Of a DNA stretch of 64,000 nt, positions 20,971-30,846 are shown piece after piece. Each line of letters opens with the position of its first letter. Position 1 is the first letter of the stretch. The position numbers were made by a program, and so were the translations under genes. The stretch spans positions 17,960 through 81,959 of the forward strand of contig CAZHVT010000004.1 of the NCBI GenBank assembly GCA_964536205.1, given 5' to 3'. Below the pieces are notes generated by a model, which saw nothing but the letters and a program-made list of their open reading frames with translations, searched no databases and had not been told where the DNA came from. Origin of the DNA: an uncultured Gammaproteobacteria bacterium (lineage in GTDB: Bacteria; Patescibacteriota; Patescibacteriia; Magasanikbacterales; GCA-002688135).

Positions 20971-22257
20971 ATGATACACATAAAAGATATCGCTAAACAC
21001 GAGGGAAAAGAGGTAGAAATCAATGGTTGGGCCTACAATATGAGATCAAGCGGCAAGCTTGGCTTTATTCAGTTACGAGACGGATCAGGGATAATTCAGG
21101 CTGTGGTATCAAAGTCTGATGTTTCAGAAGATGCATGGCGAGCTGTGCAAGATATGACAATAGAATCATCTGTGAAGGTGAGAGGATTAGTAAAGAAGGA
21201 TGATCGATCAGCTTCAGGATTTGAGCTTCAGGCAATCGACGTATCTCTCATTCACAAAGCTCCGGAATATCCAATTGGAAAAAAAGAGCATGGCCCGGAT
21301 TTTTTATTGAACAATAGGCATCTTTGGTTACGCTCAAAACGACAATGGGCAATCCAGCGAATAAGATGGGGAATCACAAAAGCAATCTATGATTTTCTCG
21401 AACAAGATGGATGTGTAAAATTTGATTCACCAATACTCACACCAAATGCATGCGAAGGAACAACGACACTTTTTGAAATTGATTATTTTGATGAAACTGC
21501 ATATCTATCACAATCGGGACAGTTATATCTGGAAGCCGGTGCATATTCACTCGGAAGAGTATTTGATTTCGGCCCAGTTTTCCGTGCAGAGAAATCCAAA
21601 ACACGAAGACACCTTATGGAGTTTTGGATGCTCGATGTAGAACTCGCATTTGTGAATTGGCAGGGTAATATGGATCATCAAGAAGCGTTGATCAAATTTG
21701 TTGTTCAATCCATACTAGAAAAATATAGTAATGAATTGAAGATTTTAGAACGAGATACAACGCTATTAGAAGGTATGAATAAGCCATTTCCGCGTCTCAC
21801 TCATGCAGACGCTGTTGCAAAGTTGAAAGAGTTAGGTTCTGATATTGGTGAGCGTGATGATCTTGGAGGAGATGATGAAACAATACTCACACAACAGTAC
21901 AATACACCTATTTTCATTGAAAAATATCCTGCAGAAGTAAAAGCATTTTACATGAAACGAGATCCAGAAGATGATTCTCTCGCTCTATGTTCTGATATGC
22001 TCGCGCCAGAAGGATATGGAGAAGTGATTGGAGGAGCGCAGCGTGAAGAAGATCACGATACACTACTCAAAAGAATTAATGAACACAAATTGAGTCCAGA
22101 AACATTTCAGTGGTATCTCGATCTAAGAAAGTATGGAGCAATAGAAACTTCAGGATATGGATTAGGATTGGAAAGGCTTGTTTCATGGATATGCGGATTA
22201 AAGCATGTCAGAGAGACAATCCCATTTCCACGAATGCTCAATCGACTGTATCCGTAA
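20971..22257 (+). CDS. asnS: asparagine-tRNA ligase
   Basis: YLSQSGQLY, FRAEKSKTRRHL, AFYM, GLGLERL. Confidence 0.95.
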   Translation: MIHIKDIAKHEGKEVEINGWAYNMRSSGKLGFIQLRDGSGIIQAVVSKSDVSEDAWRAVQDMTIESSVKVRGLVKKDDRSASGFELQAIDVSLIHKAPEYPIGKKEHGPDFLLNNRHLWLRSKRQWAIQRIRWGITKAIYDFLEQDGCVKFDSPILTPNACEGTTTLFEIDYFDETAYLSQSGQLYLEAGAYSLGRVFDFGPVFRAEKSKTRRHLMEFWMLDVELAFVNWQGNMDHQEALIKFVVQSILEKYSNELKILERDTTLLEGMNKPFPRLTHADAVAKLKELGSDIGERDDLGGDDETILTQQYNTPIFIEKYPAEVKAFYMKRDPEDDSLALCSDMLAPEGYGEVIGGAQREEDHDTLLKRINEHKLSPETFQWYLDLRKYGAIETSGYGLGLERLVSWICGLKHVRETIPFPRMLNRLYP

Positions 22258-22370
22258 CAAGTAAACAACAAGTACCAAATAACAAAAAACAAACAAATCG
22301 GAAAATTCAAATCTCAAATTCCAAAAAAGCACGATCATGACGTTTGAAATTTGGTGCCTGAGAATTGTAA
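22255..22370. repeat. CAAAT-type heptamer-armed hairpin
   Basis: ACAAGTA/CCAAATA/TCAAATC/TCAAATT then TTTGAAATTTGG; related to 34002-34120. Confidence 0.55.
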
Positions 22371-22384
22371 TTTCCCGCAGGGCT

Positions 22385-23494
22385 ATGTACATAGAACCAA
22401 ATGTAAAAATGCTGAAAAAAACCTTCTTGGGATCTACTATGTTCCTCATCATTGTGTTTTTACTATTTTTTATAGTGATGTGGGGGAAAGAAGCAGCGAT
22501 AGAAGAGCCGAAGGTTATTGGTTTATCGGGAGAATTAATAAAAGAAGATGGTGTATTTTGGGTCGATAAGCAGGTGATATTTTCTGAGAAAAATTTGGAT
22601 GGTTTGGTGGGTGAAACAGTTGCGGTTGTCGGAACGCTAGATGACGAGGGATTATTGATGATTGATCAATTATTAACATCACCAAAAGAAGAACCAAAAA
22701 AAATACCTGAAAGTGAAACATATCGAGCTACGGCAAAATCGAATCTAGCATTTTCTGTGAATGTTCCAAATAGTTGGCAGGTGCGAGATAAATCGACAGA
22801 TGCAAATGGATGGCTCGTACTTACAAAAGGAAAAAAGAAAATCGAACTTAATAGATTTCCGGATGCAGAAGATATAGGTGTGCAATTCGAACCAGTTCCG
22901 GTAAGTGAAAAACCAATTCTCATAAATGGCTTCCCGTATCTTGAGCAAAGAGCAATAGCACAAACAACAAAACGAATGATGGATTACATAACTCCATCAG
23001 AAGAGTGTTTGAAAGATGATGCATGTCCGCGATTCATGGCATCATCAAACGAATCCGATCCAGAAACAACTGTAGTTATACAGAATGTGATGAGTGATTT
23101 AGTATTTCTACCAGAACCACAAGGATGGAAAATATTACGACACTCATTAAAAAATTCGGATTGGAATATGTATTTGTACTACCCACCCGAGTTTGAGCTT
23201 GTACCATCGGAGAAAGGATATGTATTGATGAGTCCAGCGGAAAACATTGATATTCATATTGCAGATGAAATTCCAGGACATCATATTACTGGCGTGGGAG
23301 AGAAAGAAACTGAAATCATCAAGCTTCCAACAAGAGATGAAAAGTTGTATCACACAGAAAGTCCTAAGGACGGTAAGCCATTTGACGCAATGTTATTGAG
23401 AAATCCAGATGACACGCAACACATCCTCATCACCGGTTTGGGTCATGGATTCAACGCAGCAATCCGAACAATAGTATTTGAGGAAAAACAGTAG
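22385..23494 (+). CDS. hypothetical membrane-anchored protein
   Basis: Long ORF with N-terminal TM segment; start uncertain. Confidence 0.6.
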   Translation: MYIEPNVKMLKKTFLGSTMFLIIVFLLFFIVMWGKEAAIEEPKVIGLSGELIKEDGVFWVDKQVIFSEKNLDGLVGETVAVVGTLDDEGLLMIDQLLTSPKEEPKKIPESETYRATAKSNLAFSVNVPNSWQVRDKSTDANGWLVLTKGKKKIELNRFPDAEDIGVQFEPVPVSEKPILINGFPYLEQRAIAQTTKRMMDYITPSEECLKDDACPRFMASSNESDPETTVVIQNVMSDLVFLPEPQGWKILRHSLKNSDWNMYLYYPPEFELVPSEKGYVLMSPAENIDIHIADEIPGHHITGVGEKETEIIKLPTRDEKLYHTESPKDGKPFDAMLLRNPDDTQHILITGLGHGFNAAIRTIVFEEKQ

Positions 23495-23543
23495 ACGTGA
23501 TTTTGAATTTCGAGTATACTAAGACAGTAATTTAAGGAATTTT

Positions 23544-24983
23544 ATGAAAAGAACTCTAATAAAAGAGACGCACAACAACGTCGACAATGAAGTAAGGTTG
23601 ATAGGTTGGGTCGATACGCGGCGTGACATGGGGAAGATGGTATTCATCGAACTCAAGGATCGCACGGGCGTGATTCAATGCACATTACTTCCTGATGCAT
23701 CTGATGAGGCAAAGGCTATCGCAGCTGAAATCCGACCACAATTTGTGGTATCGATTACAGGAAAAGTTGTGAAACGCCCTGAAAAAATGGTGAAGGCTGA
23801 TAAACCATTTGGCGATGTGGAGTTGGTTGTAAGCGCATTGGAAATAATCAACTCATCGGAAACTCCTCCGTTTCCATTAGAAACAGATGGCACAGAAATA
23901 AAAGAAGAATTGCGATTAGAATATCGCTATTTAGACATGCGCCGAAATCGTGTACGCCGCAACATGGTGGTACGATCACAAGTATTCTCAATGATTCGGG
24001 ATATCATGCGCGATTTAGAATTCCTTGAAATTGACACGCCAGTTCTCACAAAAGGCACACCAGAAGGAGCTCGCGAATATCTCGTACCTGCGAGAAATAA
24101 ACCAGGAGAATTTTACGTATTGCCACAATCTCCACAACAATTCAAGCAGTTGTTGATGGTTGGTGGGTTAGAAAGGTATTTTCAAATCGCACGATGTTTC
24201 CGCGATGAAGATGTACGTGCAGATCGTCATCAAGAATTCATTCAACTTGATATTGAAATGAGTTTTGTGAAACAAGAAGAAGTGATGGAGACAGCGGAAA
24301 AGATTTTTGTAACACTCATAGAACAAATTCAAAACTACAAAGTGACAGATAAAGATTGGCCAGAATGGGCAGAGTTTGTAAAAAATTGCCCGCGATTACA
24401 ATCAAAAGAATTTCCCATCATGACCTATGCCGAAGCGATGGAAAAATTCGGTACAGACAAACCTGACATCAGAAATAATAAAGATGATCCGTCAGAACTC
24501 GCATTTCTGTGGGTAGTAGACTTCCCATTATTTGAAGATGCTGGAGATGGAAAACTCGCATCATCTCATCATCCGTTCACCATGCCGCATCCAGATGACA
24601 TGGATAAGCTCGAATCAGATCCATTATCAGTGCGTTCATATGCATATGATTTAGTATTGAATGGATACGAAGTTGGGGGAGGAAGTATTCGTATTCATGA
24701 TCCAGAATTGCAAAAGAAAATTTTCACCATGCTGGGTGTTGATGAAAAACAACAGGAAATCAAATTCGGACATTTGTTACGCGCATTTGAATACGGCGTA
24801 CCACCACACGGCGGAATTGCTCCAGGACTCGGACGGTTATTGATGGTATTACTCAACGAACCAAGCATTCGCGAAGTTATTCCATTCCCAAAAACTGGAG
24901 ATGGAAATGACCTATTGATGGGTGCACCAAGTCCAGTTCCAGAACATCGTCTCGATGAAGCACACATCAAAATCCAAAAATAA
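23544..24983 (+). CDS. aspS: aspartate-tRNA ligase (short, lacking GAD insertion)
   Basis: LPQSPQQFKQLLM, QIARCFRDED, HHPFT, GVPPHGG. Confidence 0.95.
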   Translation: MKRTLIKETHNNVDNEVRLIGWVDTRRDMGKMVFIELKDRTGVIQCTLLPDASDEAKAIAAEIRPQFVVSITGKVVKRPEKMVKADKPFGDVELVVSALEIINSSETPPFPLETDGTEIKEELRLEYRYLDMRRNRVRRNMVVRSQVFSMIRDIMRDLEFLEIDTPVLTKGTPEGAREYLVPARNKPGEFYVLPQSPQQFKQLLMVGGLERYFQIARCFRDEDVRADRHQEFIQLDIEMSFVKQEEVMETAEKIFVTLIEQIQNYKVTDKDWPEWAEFVKNCPRLQSKEFPIMTYAEAMEKFGTDKPDIRNNKDDPSELAFLWVVDFPLFEDAGDGKLASSHHPFTMPHPDDMDKLESDPLSVRSYAYDLVLNGYEVGGGSIRIHDPELQKKIFTMLGVDEKQQEIKFGHLLRAFEYGVPPHGGIAPGLGRLLMVLLNEPSIREVIPFPKTGDGNDLLMGAPSPVPEHRLDEAHIKIQK

Positions 24984-24988
24984 TCTAT

Positions 24989-25567
24989 ATGAGGGAGGAG
25001 TTATTTCCGCATGACAAAATCATGGCGGTTACATTTTTACCGTTGATACCACGATGGGTTACGCCAAATGCAATTACGATTGCCAGATTCGTACTCACAC
25101 CGCTGGTTGTATTTTTGATTCTGATAGAAAATTATAATATCGGAATTCCGTTATTTATCGCAACAGCATTCACAGATGTGTTGGATGGATCACTCGCACG
25201 AGTTCGAAAAAAAGTAACAGAGTGGGGAACCTTGTATGATCCAGTCGCAGACAAGCTATTAATCGGATCATCTTTGGCAGTATTGGTCGTGCGTTACATC
25301 CATCCAATTATCGCAGTTATCATTATCTTGATGGAAGTGATTTTTTTGACAGGAGGATACAGAAAAAAATGTCGAGGGAAAATTGCATGTCCTTCGTGGT
25401 ATGGCAAATTCAAAATGATGTTTCAAACACTCGGCGTCACACTTATTTTGGTAGCAGTCGCATACGACATATCAATACTCGTATATGCATCCACTATTTC
25501 ATTTCTCATCTCAATCACACTCGGAATCATCAATCTAATAAAGTATGGCGTCAACATCACCAACTGA
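24989..25567 (+). CDS. CDP-alcohol phosphatidyltransferase (PgsA-like)
   Basis: PNAITIAR, TDVLDGSLAR..G..YDPVADK. Confidence 0.9.
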   Translation: MREELFPHDKIMAVTFLPLIPRWVTPNAITIARFVLTPLVVFLILIENYNIGIPLFIATAFTDVLDGSLARVRKKVTEWGTLYDPVADKLLIGSSLAVLVVRYIHPIIAVIIILMEVIFLTGGYRKKCRGKIACPSWYGKFKMMFQTLGVTLILVAVAYDISILVYASTISFLISITLGIINLIKYGVNITN

Positions 25568-26270
25568 AACATCAACAGAATACAGCGTGAAGACAGAGCA
25601 ATTCGAAGGTCCATTTGGTGTGTTGTTGGAGTTAATTGAAGCGCAAAAATTAGACATCACAGAGATTTCATTAAGTACGGTGGCAGAACAATTTTTGGAA
25701 TATATCGATACGCATCATGAATTGCCAGCACAAGAATTAGCAGATTTCTTGTTAGTTGCATCGCGATTACTGTACATCAAATCAAAGGCACTACTCCCTC
25801 GTTTGGGACCCGAAGAAGAGGATGATGGATTATCGCTCGAATCGCAGTTAAGGATGTATAAGGCATATATCGATGCAGCAAAAGTAATCGAGGGAAGGGT
25901 GGCAAGTTCACAAACATCATTTTTTGGAAAAATAAAAGGACCACAGCTCGCAACAGGATTTTATCCACCTCAATCACTAAAAGCAGAAGATCTGGAAGAT
26001 GCGATGCTAAATATACTTAAGAGGTTAGAGCCGCTATTGTCTTTACCAAAAGTTCAGGTTGAGCGCGTAGTTTCCATCAATGAAAAGATTTCGCATATTA
26101 AAGAGCGATTAACAAAACAAGCCACCATGACGTTTCGCGAGGCACTGGATCAGGGAACGCGGGTGGATGCGATAGTGAGTTTTTTGGCTTTGCTGGAGCT
26201 CGTGAAAAATCGATCAATCGATGTAAAACAAACAAATCTATTTGAGGACATGATAATCGAAAAGGTATGA
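25545..26270 (+). CDS. scpA: segregation/condensation protein A
   Basis: FEGP..LLELIE, LYIKSKALLP, SFLALLEL. Confidence 0.95.
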   Translation: MASTSPTETSTEYSVKTEQFEGPFGVLLELIEAQKLDITEISLSTVAEQFLEYIDTHHELPAQELADFLLVASRLLYIKSKALLPRLGPEEEDDGLSLESQLRMYKAYIDAAKVIEGRVASSQTSFFGKIKGPQLATGFYPPQSLKAEDLEDAMLNILKRLEPLLSLPKVQVERVVSINEKISHIKERLTKQATMTFREALDQGTRVDAIVSFLALLELVKNRSIDVKQTNLFEDMIIEKV

Positions 26271-26821
26271 ACACGAATGAATCTACAATAGAAGCGTTAT
26301 TATTTGTGGCAGGATCAGAAATGAGCGCAAAAAAAATAGCTGACACAACCAACCTGAAAATTGAGGAAGTTGAGCAGCACCTCAAAACAATTGAGGAAAA
26401 ATACCACGACAAAAGTGGGGTTGTATTAATGCGATCAGGATCAAAAGTACGATTAGCGACAAATCCACATATCGCACCAACAATCGCAGAATATTTAAAC
26501 AGCGAAGTTACAGGGGATCTCACGCGACCACAACTAGAAACCCTCACTATCATCGCGTATCGCGGTCCCATCATCAAACCAGAAATCGAAATGATTCGAG
26601 GTGTAAATTGCACAATCATTTTGAGAAATTTATTGATGCGAGGATTTGTGGAAGAATCAGCTGGAGCCATCGAGCCAAAATATTCAGTCACATTAGATTT
26701 TCTCCGATATCTCGGTGTGCAAGATGCAAGTCAGTTACCAAATCACGAAAAGCTCGCATCAGATGATTTGATTGAGAGATTACAAGAGGTTGTCGATCAG
26801 CAAACTAAAGAACACACATGA
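26267..26821 (+). CDS. scpB: segregation/condensation protein B
   Basis: IEALLF, LETLTIIAYRGP, IRGVN. Confidence 0.95.
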   Translation: MNTNESTIEALLFVAGSEMSAKKIADTTNLKIEEVEQHLKTIEEKYHDKSGVVLMRSGSKVRLATNPHIAPTIAEYLNSEVTGDLTRPQLETLTIIAYRGPIIKPEIEMIRGVNCTIILRNLLMRGFVEESAGAIEPKYSVTLDFLRYLGVQDASQLPNHEKLASDDLIERLQEVVDQQTKEHT

Positions 26822-27759
26822 TTCAGATAGTACTCTCACTCATCAGCGCATTGGGCGTTTCAGTTGGAATTGTAGACGAACCGCGCAGTACTCCATCATT
26901 CAGTGTCACACCTGTGGCATTAGCTGCTGATACTCAAACAATTTCTCGTGCACGCGGAATGCCGCGATTAGGCGATAGAGAAGTTGTACAAAAAAGAATT
27001 GATAAAGCTTCTCCAGAAAAATTAAATGGGCGGGCAGCTCTTGTGGTAGATAACACATCAGAAGCAATTTTATACGAATATCAGGCAGATACAGTCGTGC
27101 CATATGCAAGCATTACAAAGCTCGCAACAGCGCTCACATTTGTAGGAACAGAAACAAATCTTGATACAGAAATTGAAATTATTGAAGAAGATGTTATTGA
27201 GGAATTTTCAGCACTCGCGGTTGGAGATGTGGTGACGCATAGAGATTTGTTAGGTTTGGCGTTGGTAGGATCATCAAATTCAGCTGCGCATACGCTCATA
27301 CGAGCATCTGGATTTACAAGAGAATATTATATTGGTCGAATGAATCAGGTCGGACAGGAATTAGGGTTAACAAACTCACGATTTGTCGGACCATCAGGGT
27401 TAGACCCAAAAAATGTTGGGACAGCGCGCGATGCATATAGGTTGTTAAAAGCTGCACTCGCACATCCAGATTTAGCAGAAGTGATGGGAGATTCAGAATA
27501 TGTATTTTCAAACGGAGAGAAAAACAAAAAAGTATTTTCAACAAACGCTTTTAAGATTGGGGTTCTGCCATTTGATGGAGACACAATCATTGGCGCAAAA
27601 ACAGGACACATTCCAGAAGCAGGATTTCATTTTGCTATGGAGGCGCGAGATATAAACGGCGCAATTCGACAGGTGATTGTGATGGGAGCGCCGGGTCATT
27701 TAGATCGATTCACTGAAGCAGAGCGTTTATTACTTTGGGCTCAAGAATCATCAGAATAA
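26818..27759 (+). CDS. serine D-Ala-D-Ala peptidase (S11 family)
   Basis: ASITK (SxxK), SSN (SxN), KTG motifs. Confidence 0.9.
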   Translation: MIQIVLSLISALGVSVGIVDEPRSTPSFSVTPVALAADTQTISRARGMPRLGDREVVQKRIDKASPEKLNGRAALVVDNTSEAILYEYQADTVVPYASITKLATALTFVGTETNLDTEIEIIEEDVIEEFSALAVGDVVTHRDLLGLALVGSSNSAAHTLIRASGFTREYYIGRMNQVGQELGLTNSRFVGPSGLDPKNVGTARDAYRLLKAALAHPDLAEVMGDSEYVFSNGEKNKKVFSTNAFKIGVLPFDGDTIIGAKTGHIPEAGFHFAMEARDINGAIRQVIVMGAPGHLDRFTEAERLLLWAQESSE

Positions 27760-27760
27760 T

Positions 27761-28246
27761 ATGTCATTTTGGATTTCACTCGCACCGCAAATAAAAATCT
27801 TTTTACTCGCAATGCTCCCCATCATTGAGGTTCGTGGTGCTATTCCGCTTGGACTCACGGTATACGATCAGTCAATTATTACTACATTCATATTTGGAGC
27901 TGCAGGAAATTTCATCGCAGCCGCAATCGTATTTTTAGGATTACACATGTTCGGCGACAAAGTCATCGAAAAGATTCCTAAGATCGGACCGATGCTAGAA
28001 AAATATCTCGCCAGGGCCCGTAGAATTTTTAAGGGAAAGTACGAGCACTGGGGAGTACTCGGACTAATTTTATTTGTAGGAATTCCATTACCGATGACAG
28101 GGGGGTGGACGGGAGCTGCGGCAGCGTATGTATTCGGATTCCCAAAAAAGAAATCACTCGCCGCGCTCGCTGCGGGTGTACTTCTTGCATCCACGGTAAT
28201 GACGCTTCTCACGACAGGAATTGAATGGATAATAAGGTTGTTTTAG
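27761..28246 (+). CDS. small multidrug export family membrane protein
   Basis: MLPIIEVRGAIP, FVGIPLPMTGGWTG. Confidence 0.85.
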   Translation: MSFWISLAPQIKIFLLAMLPIIEVRGAIPLGLTVYDQSIITTFIFGAAGNFIAAAIVFLGLHMFGDKVIEKIPKIGPMLEKYLARARRIFKGKYEHWGVLGLILFVGIPLPMTGGWTGAAAAYVFGFPKKKSLAALAAGVLLASTVMTLLTTGIEWIIRLF

Positions 28247-28266
28247 CAGGTAGCAGGTAGTAGTTT

Positions 28267-28292
28267 AAAAAACGGCGTAAGCCGTTTTTTTT
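28267..28292. terminator. bidirectional intrinsic terminator
   Basis: AAAAAACGGC-GTAA-GCCGTTTTTT between convergent genes. Confidence 0.8.
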
Positions 28293-28321
28293 GTAGAACG
28301 TATGGCGTACATCGTACAACA

Positions 28322-28786
28322 TTAAATAATCACCTTAACTAAGATCGCCAACAAAAACGCCTGCATCACAAAGCCATGTTTCAAAGACATGTCTTTTTTT
28401 CTGTCAACAAAATAATTATGAAACCAGAAATGCACACGATGAAATGCTTCCAGCCACGGATGTTTATATAACTCACACAATCCAACCAACAAATCGGGGA
28501 GTACAGAACCAACTAATCCCCACGCAACAATAGTAGCATTTACATTTGGAACATAAGCAAAAACCCAAGCGACGAGCATAACAGCAGCAAGTGCATCAAA
28601 ACTTACCTTAGCAAGGGCCTGTTTCATCTTCTTGCCACTTTTATATTCCTTATACAAATGAGCATCGCCATGAGGAATCATGTCGATCAAAAGATGCGAA
28701 ATAAAGCCCAAAACAAAGGCCCAGAAAGCCGTAGGGCTATTTTGAGCTACAACTGCTCCAACTGCGACATGAGTGGCGATTAGCAT
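28322..28786 (-). CDS. membrane-bound metal-dependent hydrolase-like protein
   Basis: THVAVG, SHLLIDMIPHGD, LPD, HxxH motifs. Confidence 0.7.
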   Translation of the reverse strand: MLIATHVAVGAVVAQNSPTAFWAFVLGFISHLLIDMIPHGDAHLYKEYKSGKKMKQALAKVSFDALAAVMLVAWVFAYVPNVNATIVAWGLVGSVLPDLLVGLCELYKHPWLEAFHRVHFWFHNYFVDRKKDMSLKHGFVMQAFLLAILVKVII

Positions 28787-28961
28787 AAAAGACTAATTTT
28801 ATTGGAATATAGTATAGCAGATTTCCTACAAAAAGTCATTTGTGGATTATGAACGCTAAAAAAGCACATTTTGTTGCATATATTATTACAAAATTAGTAT
28901 CAAATATAATACTAAATTTAGCAAAATAACCAAAAAAAGAAAAGAAAGGGTAAGACTACCA

Positions 28962-28990
28962 TTGACAAAATAACAAAAACATGATAGTAT
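28962..28990 (+). promoter_or_regulatory. sigma70 promoter of small-ORF/structured-RNA array
   Basis: TTGACA-17bp-TAGTAT with TG extension. Confidence 0.8.
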
Positions 28991-29049
28991 ATGCGCGTAT
29001 TACATGAAGTAGTACGAGAACATTACAAGACGTAGGTTTTGGAGATGAC

Positions 29050-29265
29050 ATGCGGCGAATGTTGCGAAAAATAAAGCGCGTTATCCAGCACTGGCTGGAC
29101 GAGCAACGTGAGGCAATTTTCTTTTTCCGATACCTGTGGGTACGGACGAAAGTGGATTGCAGAATGGGTCTGATCGAGGAGTTTCTCTTCGACCCAAGCG
29201 CGTTGAAACAGCGCTACTTCGAAGAACGAAAGTTCGAGCAATCGCTGGCAGGTCGCTGGCGTTAG
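29050..29265 (+). CDS. array ORF A, 71 aa hypothetical
   Basis: SD GGAGA at 29041; first ORF after the promoter. Confidence 0.6.
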   Translation: MRRMLRKIKRVIQHWLDEQREAIFFFRYLWVRTKVDCRMGLIEEFLFDPSALKQRYFEERKFEQSLAGRWR

Positions 29266-29276
29266 CTTTCATATTG

Positions 29277-29307
29277 AGCCTGTTCCCGGGCTAAAAGAAA
29301 GGGGAGT
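29277..29307 (+). promoter_or_regulatory. H-type pseudoknot 1 before SD
   Basis: S1 AGCCT/GGGCT, S2 GTTCCC/GGGAGT, loop AAAAGAAAG. Confidence 0.6.
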
Positions 29308-29316
29308 GGAGCGAGC

Positions 29317-29628
29317 ATGAGTAAGAATTCCGTAGTCGTAGGTGATGGCATCACAGTGACGCGCGCGCAGTTGAAGCGCGCGCAGAAGCAGTATGCCAGA
29401 CGCAAAGGTGGCTTGCCGGGTTTCTGGCAGACAGCACTGGACCTCATGGGTCCGGAGCCGGAGCGGGTCAAGAAGACTCGTTCTGCCAAGCCGCGTCGGA
29501 AGCCGGTTGATACTGGTTTCTCGGAGGGTTACCTCGCTCAGCACAAGGCCGAGATCGGCCTGTCGAGTAAGGATCGGCGCCGCGAGCGTCGGGCCGCATC
29601 GAAGCGGTCTCGTCATCGTGACGAATAA
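29317..29628 (+). CDS. array ORF B, 103 aa Arg/Lys-rich protein
   Basis: SD GGAG; highly basic. Confidence 0.65.
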   Translation: MSKNSVVVGDGITVTRAQLKRAQKQYARRKGGLPGFWQTALDLMGPEPERVKKTRSAKPRRKPVDTGFSEGYLAQHKAEIGLSSKDRRRERRAASKRSRHRDE

Positions 29629-29691
29629 TCCTCGGCTTCGGCCAACCCCGAATCTACAAACTCTGGACTGTTGTGAAACAGACCACATAAC

Positions 29692-29764
29692 CCGCGAGCA
29701 AGACCAAGGTCAAGTTCGCGGATCTAACTCGGTTGCTCAACAAAGTGTTGAGAGACCGTGAGGA
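29692..29764 (+). repeat. structured motif copy 1
   Basis: Hairpin CCGCGAGC/GTTCGCGG + TCTAACT-stem-TGAGGA. Confidence 0.75.
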
Positions 29765-29771
29765 TCATTAA

Positions 29772-29799
29772 CCCCATCCCTGGGGCAAAAGAATAAGGG
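29772..29799 (+). promoter_or_regulatory. H-type pseudoknot 2
   Basis: S1 CCCC/GGGG, S2 CCCT/AGGG, loop CAAAAGAATA. Confidence 0.55.
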
Positions 29800-29812
29800 C
29801 ATGGAGATGCAA

Positions 29813-29869
29813 ATGTTGACGTTTGGCATTATCCAGCTGGCCGTTTTGGTCGGCGCCGTCATCCTGTAA
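29813..29869 (+). CDS. array ORF C, 18 aa hydrophobic peptide MLTFGIIQLAVLVGAVIL
   Basis: SD GGAG 6 nt upstream; alternative in-frame ATGs at 29801 and 29807. Confidence 0.5.
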   Translation: MLTFGIIQLAVLVGAVIL

Positions 29870-29880
29870 GGGTGGCTGGC

Positions 29881-29958
29881 GGGGGTGTCGCGGTTTACGA
29901 ACCTAGCGACACCTCTCCAACTTGAAAGCTTAATCATTCGATTCAGCTTTCGTGAGGA
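29881..29958 (+). repeat. structured motif copy 2
   Basis: Hairpin GGGGTGTCGC/GCGACACCTC + TCCAACT-stem-TGAGGA. Confidence 0.75.
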
Positions 29959-30002
29959 GACACACTCAAAGACCTTTGAAAAACACATAGTCAGGAGAGG
30001 TA

Positions 30003-30257
30003 ATGAACCCGGAATTGATGAATTTGTTGGTCGTACTGACCATGTGCTGGTTCTGCCTCGGCGCGATTGCTCACATGGTGGGTGGTCAAAAGTGGGCGAA
30101 CAAAGTCTGGAGATGGCCGTTCAAGATGATCGGAAAAGCCATCCGTTGGGTGTTGGTCCAGATTCGAGCTTTCATTCGTGAGGCTCTGGTCGGACTCTGG
30201 AATGCACTGCGAGGACGCAGAGGTAACCAAAACAACAACCGCGGCAACAACCCATGA
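30003..30257 (+). CDS. array ORF D, 84 aa membrane protein
   Basis: SD AGGAGAGG; TM helix, WPFK amphipathic segment, Asn-rich tail. Confidence 0.65.
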   Translation: MNPELMNLLVVLTMCWFCLGAIAHMVGGQKWANKVWRWPFKMIGKAIRWVLVQIRAFIREALVGLWNALRGRRGNQNNNRGNNP

Positions 30258-30297
30258 CTCAACCCTAACCCGCGAGCAGCATATGCGTCGCGGCAAG

Positions 30298-30364
30298 CCC
30301 TGTACCCAACGTGGTACAGGGATCCAAATCGATTTCGCAGTCCTGAATTGCGAAGTCACGAGGA
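30298..30364 (+). repeat. structured motif copy 3
   Basis: Hairpin CCCTGTACC/GGTACAGGG + TCCAAAT-stem-CGAGGA; extra hairpin at 30270-30293. Confidence 0.7.
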
Positions 30365-30383
30365 TTCATTCACAGGAGGAGAG

Positions 30384-30572
30384 ATGGAGAGTTTTCTGGG
30401 CAATGTCTGGGCGCTAGTCTGCCTTTGGGCTGGTCTGTGCATCTTCTATGCCATGATCAGCGCAGTCGTGATGTTCAAATACTCGGCGTGGGACATGTTC
30501 TTGCTGCCATTCAAGGCGATCATCATGCTGTGCAAAGGTCTCGGGAAACTCGTTCCCAGGACGTTCACCTAA
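30384..30572 (+). CDS. array ORF E, 62 aa membrane protein
   Basis: SD AGGAGG; TM helix + LPFK segment like ORF D. Confidence 0.65.
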   Translation: MESFLGNVWALVCLWAGLCIFYAMISAVVMFKYSAWDMFLLPFKAIIMLCKGLGKLVPRTFT

Positions 30573-30617
30573 GAAGGGTGAGATCAAGAGTCAGGTGAAA
30601 ACACAATAAAAGGAGAA

Positions 30618-30683
30618 ATGATGGGAATCGAACTCATTCTGGGTCAGGCGCTTGTCTGCATCATGTACGCAGCTTTCCGCTAG
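30618..30683 (+). CDS. array ORF F, 20-21 aa hydrophobic peptide (M)MGIELILGQALVCIMYAAFR
   Basis: SD AAGGAG directly upstream. Confidence 0.5.
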   Translation: MMGIELILGQALVCIMYAAFR

Positions 30684-30698
30684 GAGAGGTGTGTATCC

Positions 30699-30794
30699 GA
30701 GGATCTACGGATCCTCACAACGCAGCCGCGAACCAACATGGTTCGCGGCTCCAACTCGATCTCTGAGCACAGTATTCGTTCAGACTCGTGAGGA
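30699..30794 (+). repeat. structured motif copy 4
   Basis: GAGGATC-TACG-GATCCTC hairpin, GCCGCGAACCA/TGGTTCGCGGC hairpin, TCCAACT-stem-TGAGGA. Confidence 0.8.
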
Positions 30795-30807
30795 GATCTA
30801 CTGGTTA

Positions 30808-30836
30808 CACCTAACCCCGGGTGGAAAGAAATGGGG
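30808..30836 (+). promoter_or_regulatory. H-type pseudoknot 4
   Basis: S1 CACCT/GGGTG, S2 CCCC/GGGG, loop GAAAGAAAT. Confidence 0.6.
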
Positions 30837-30846
30837 AGGAGAGAGA

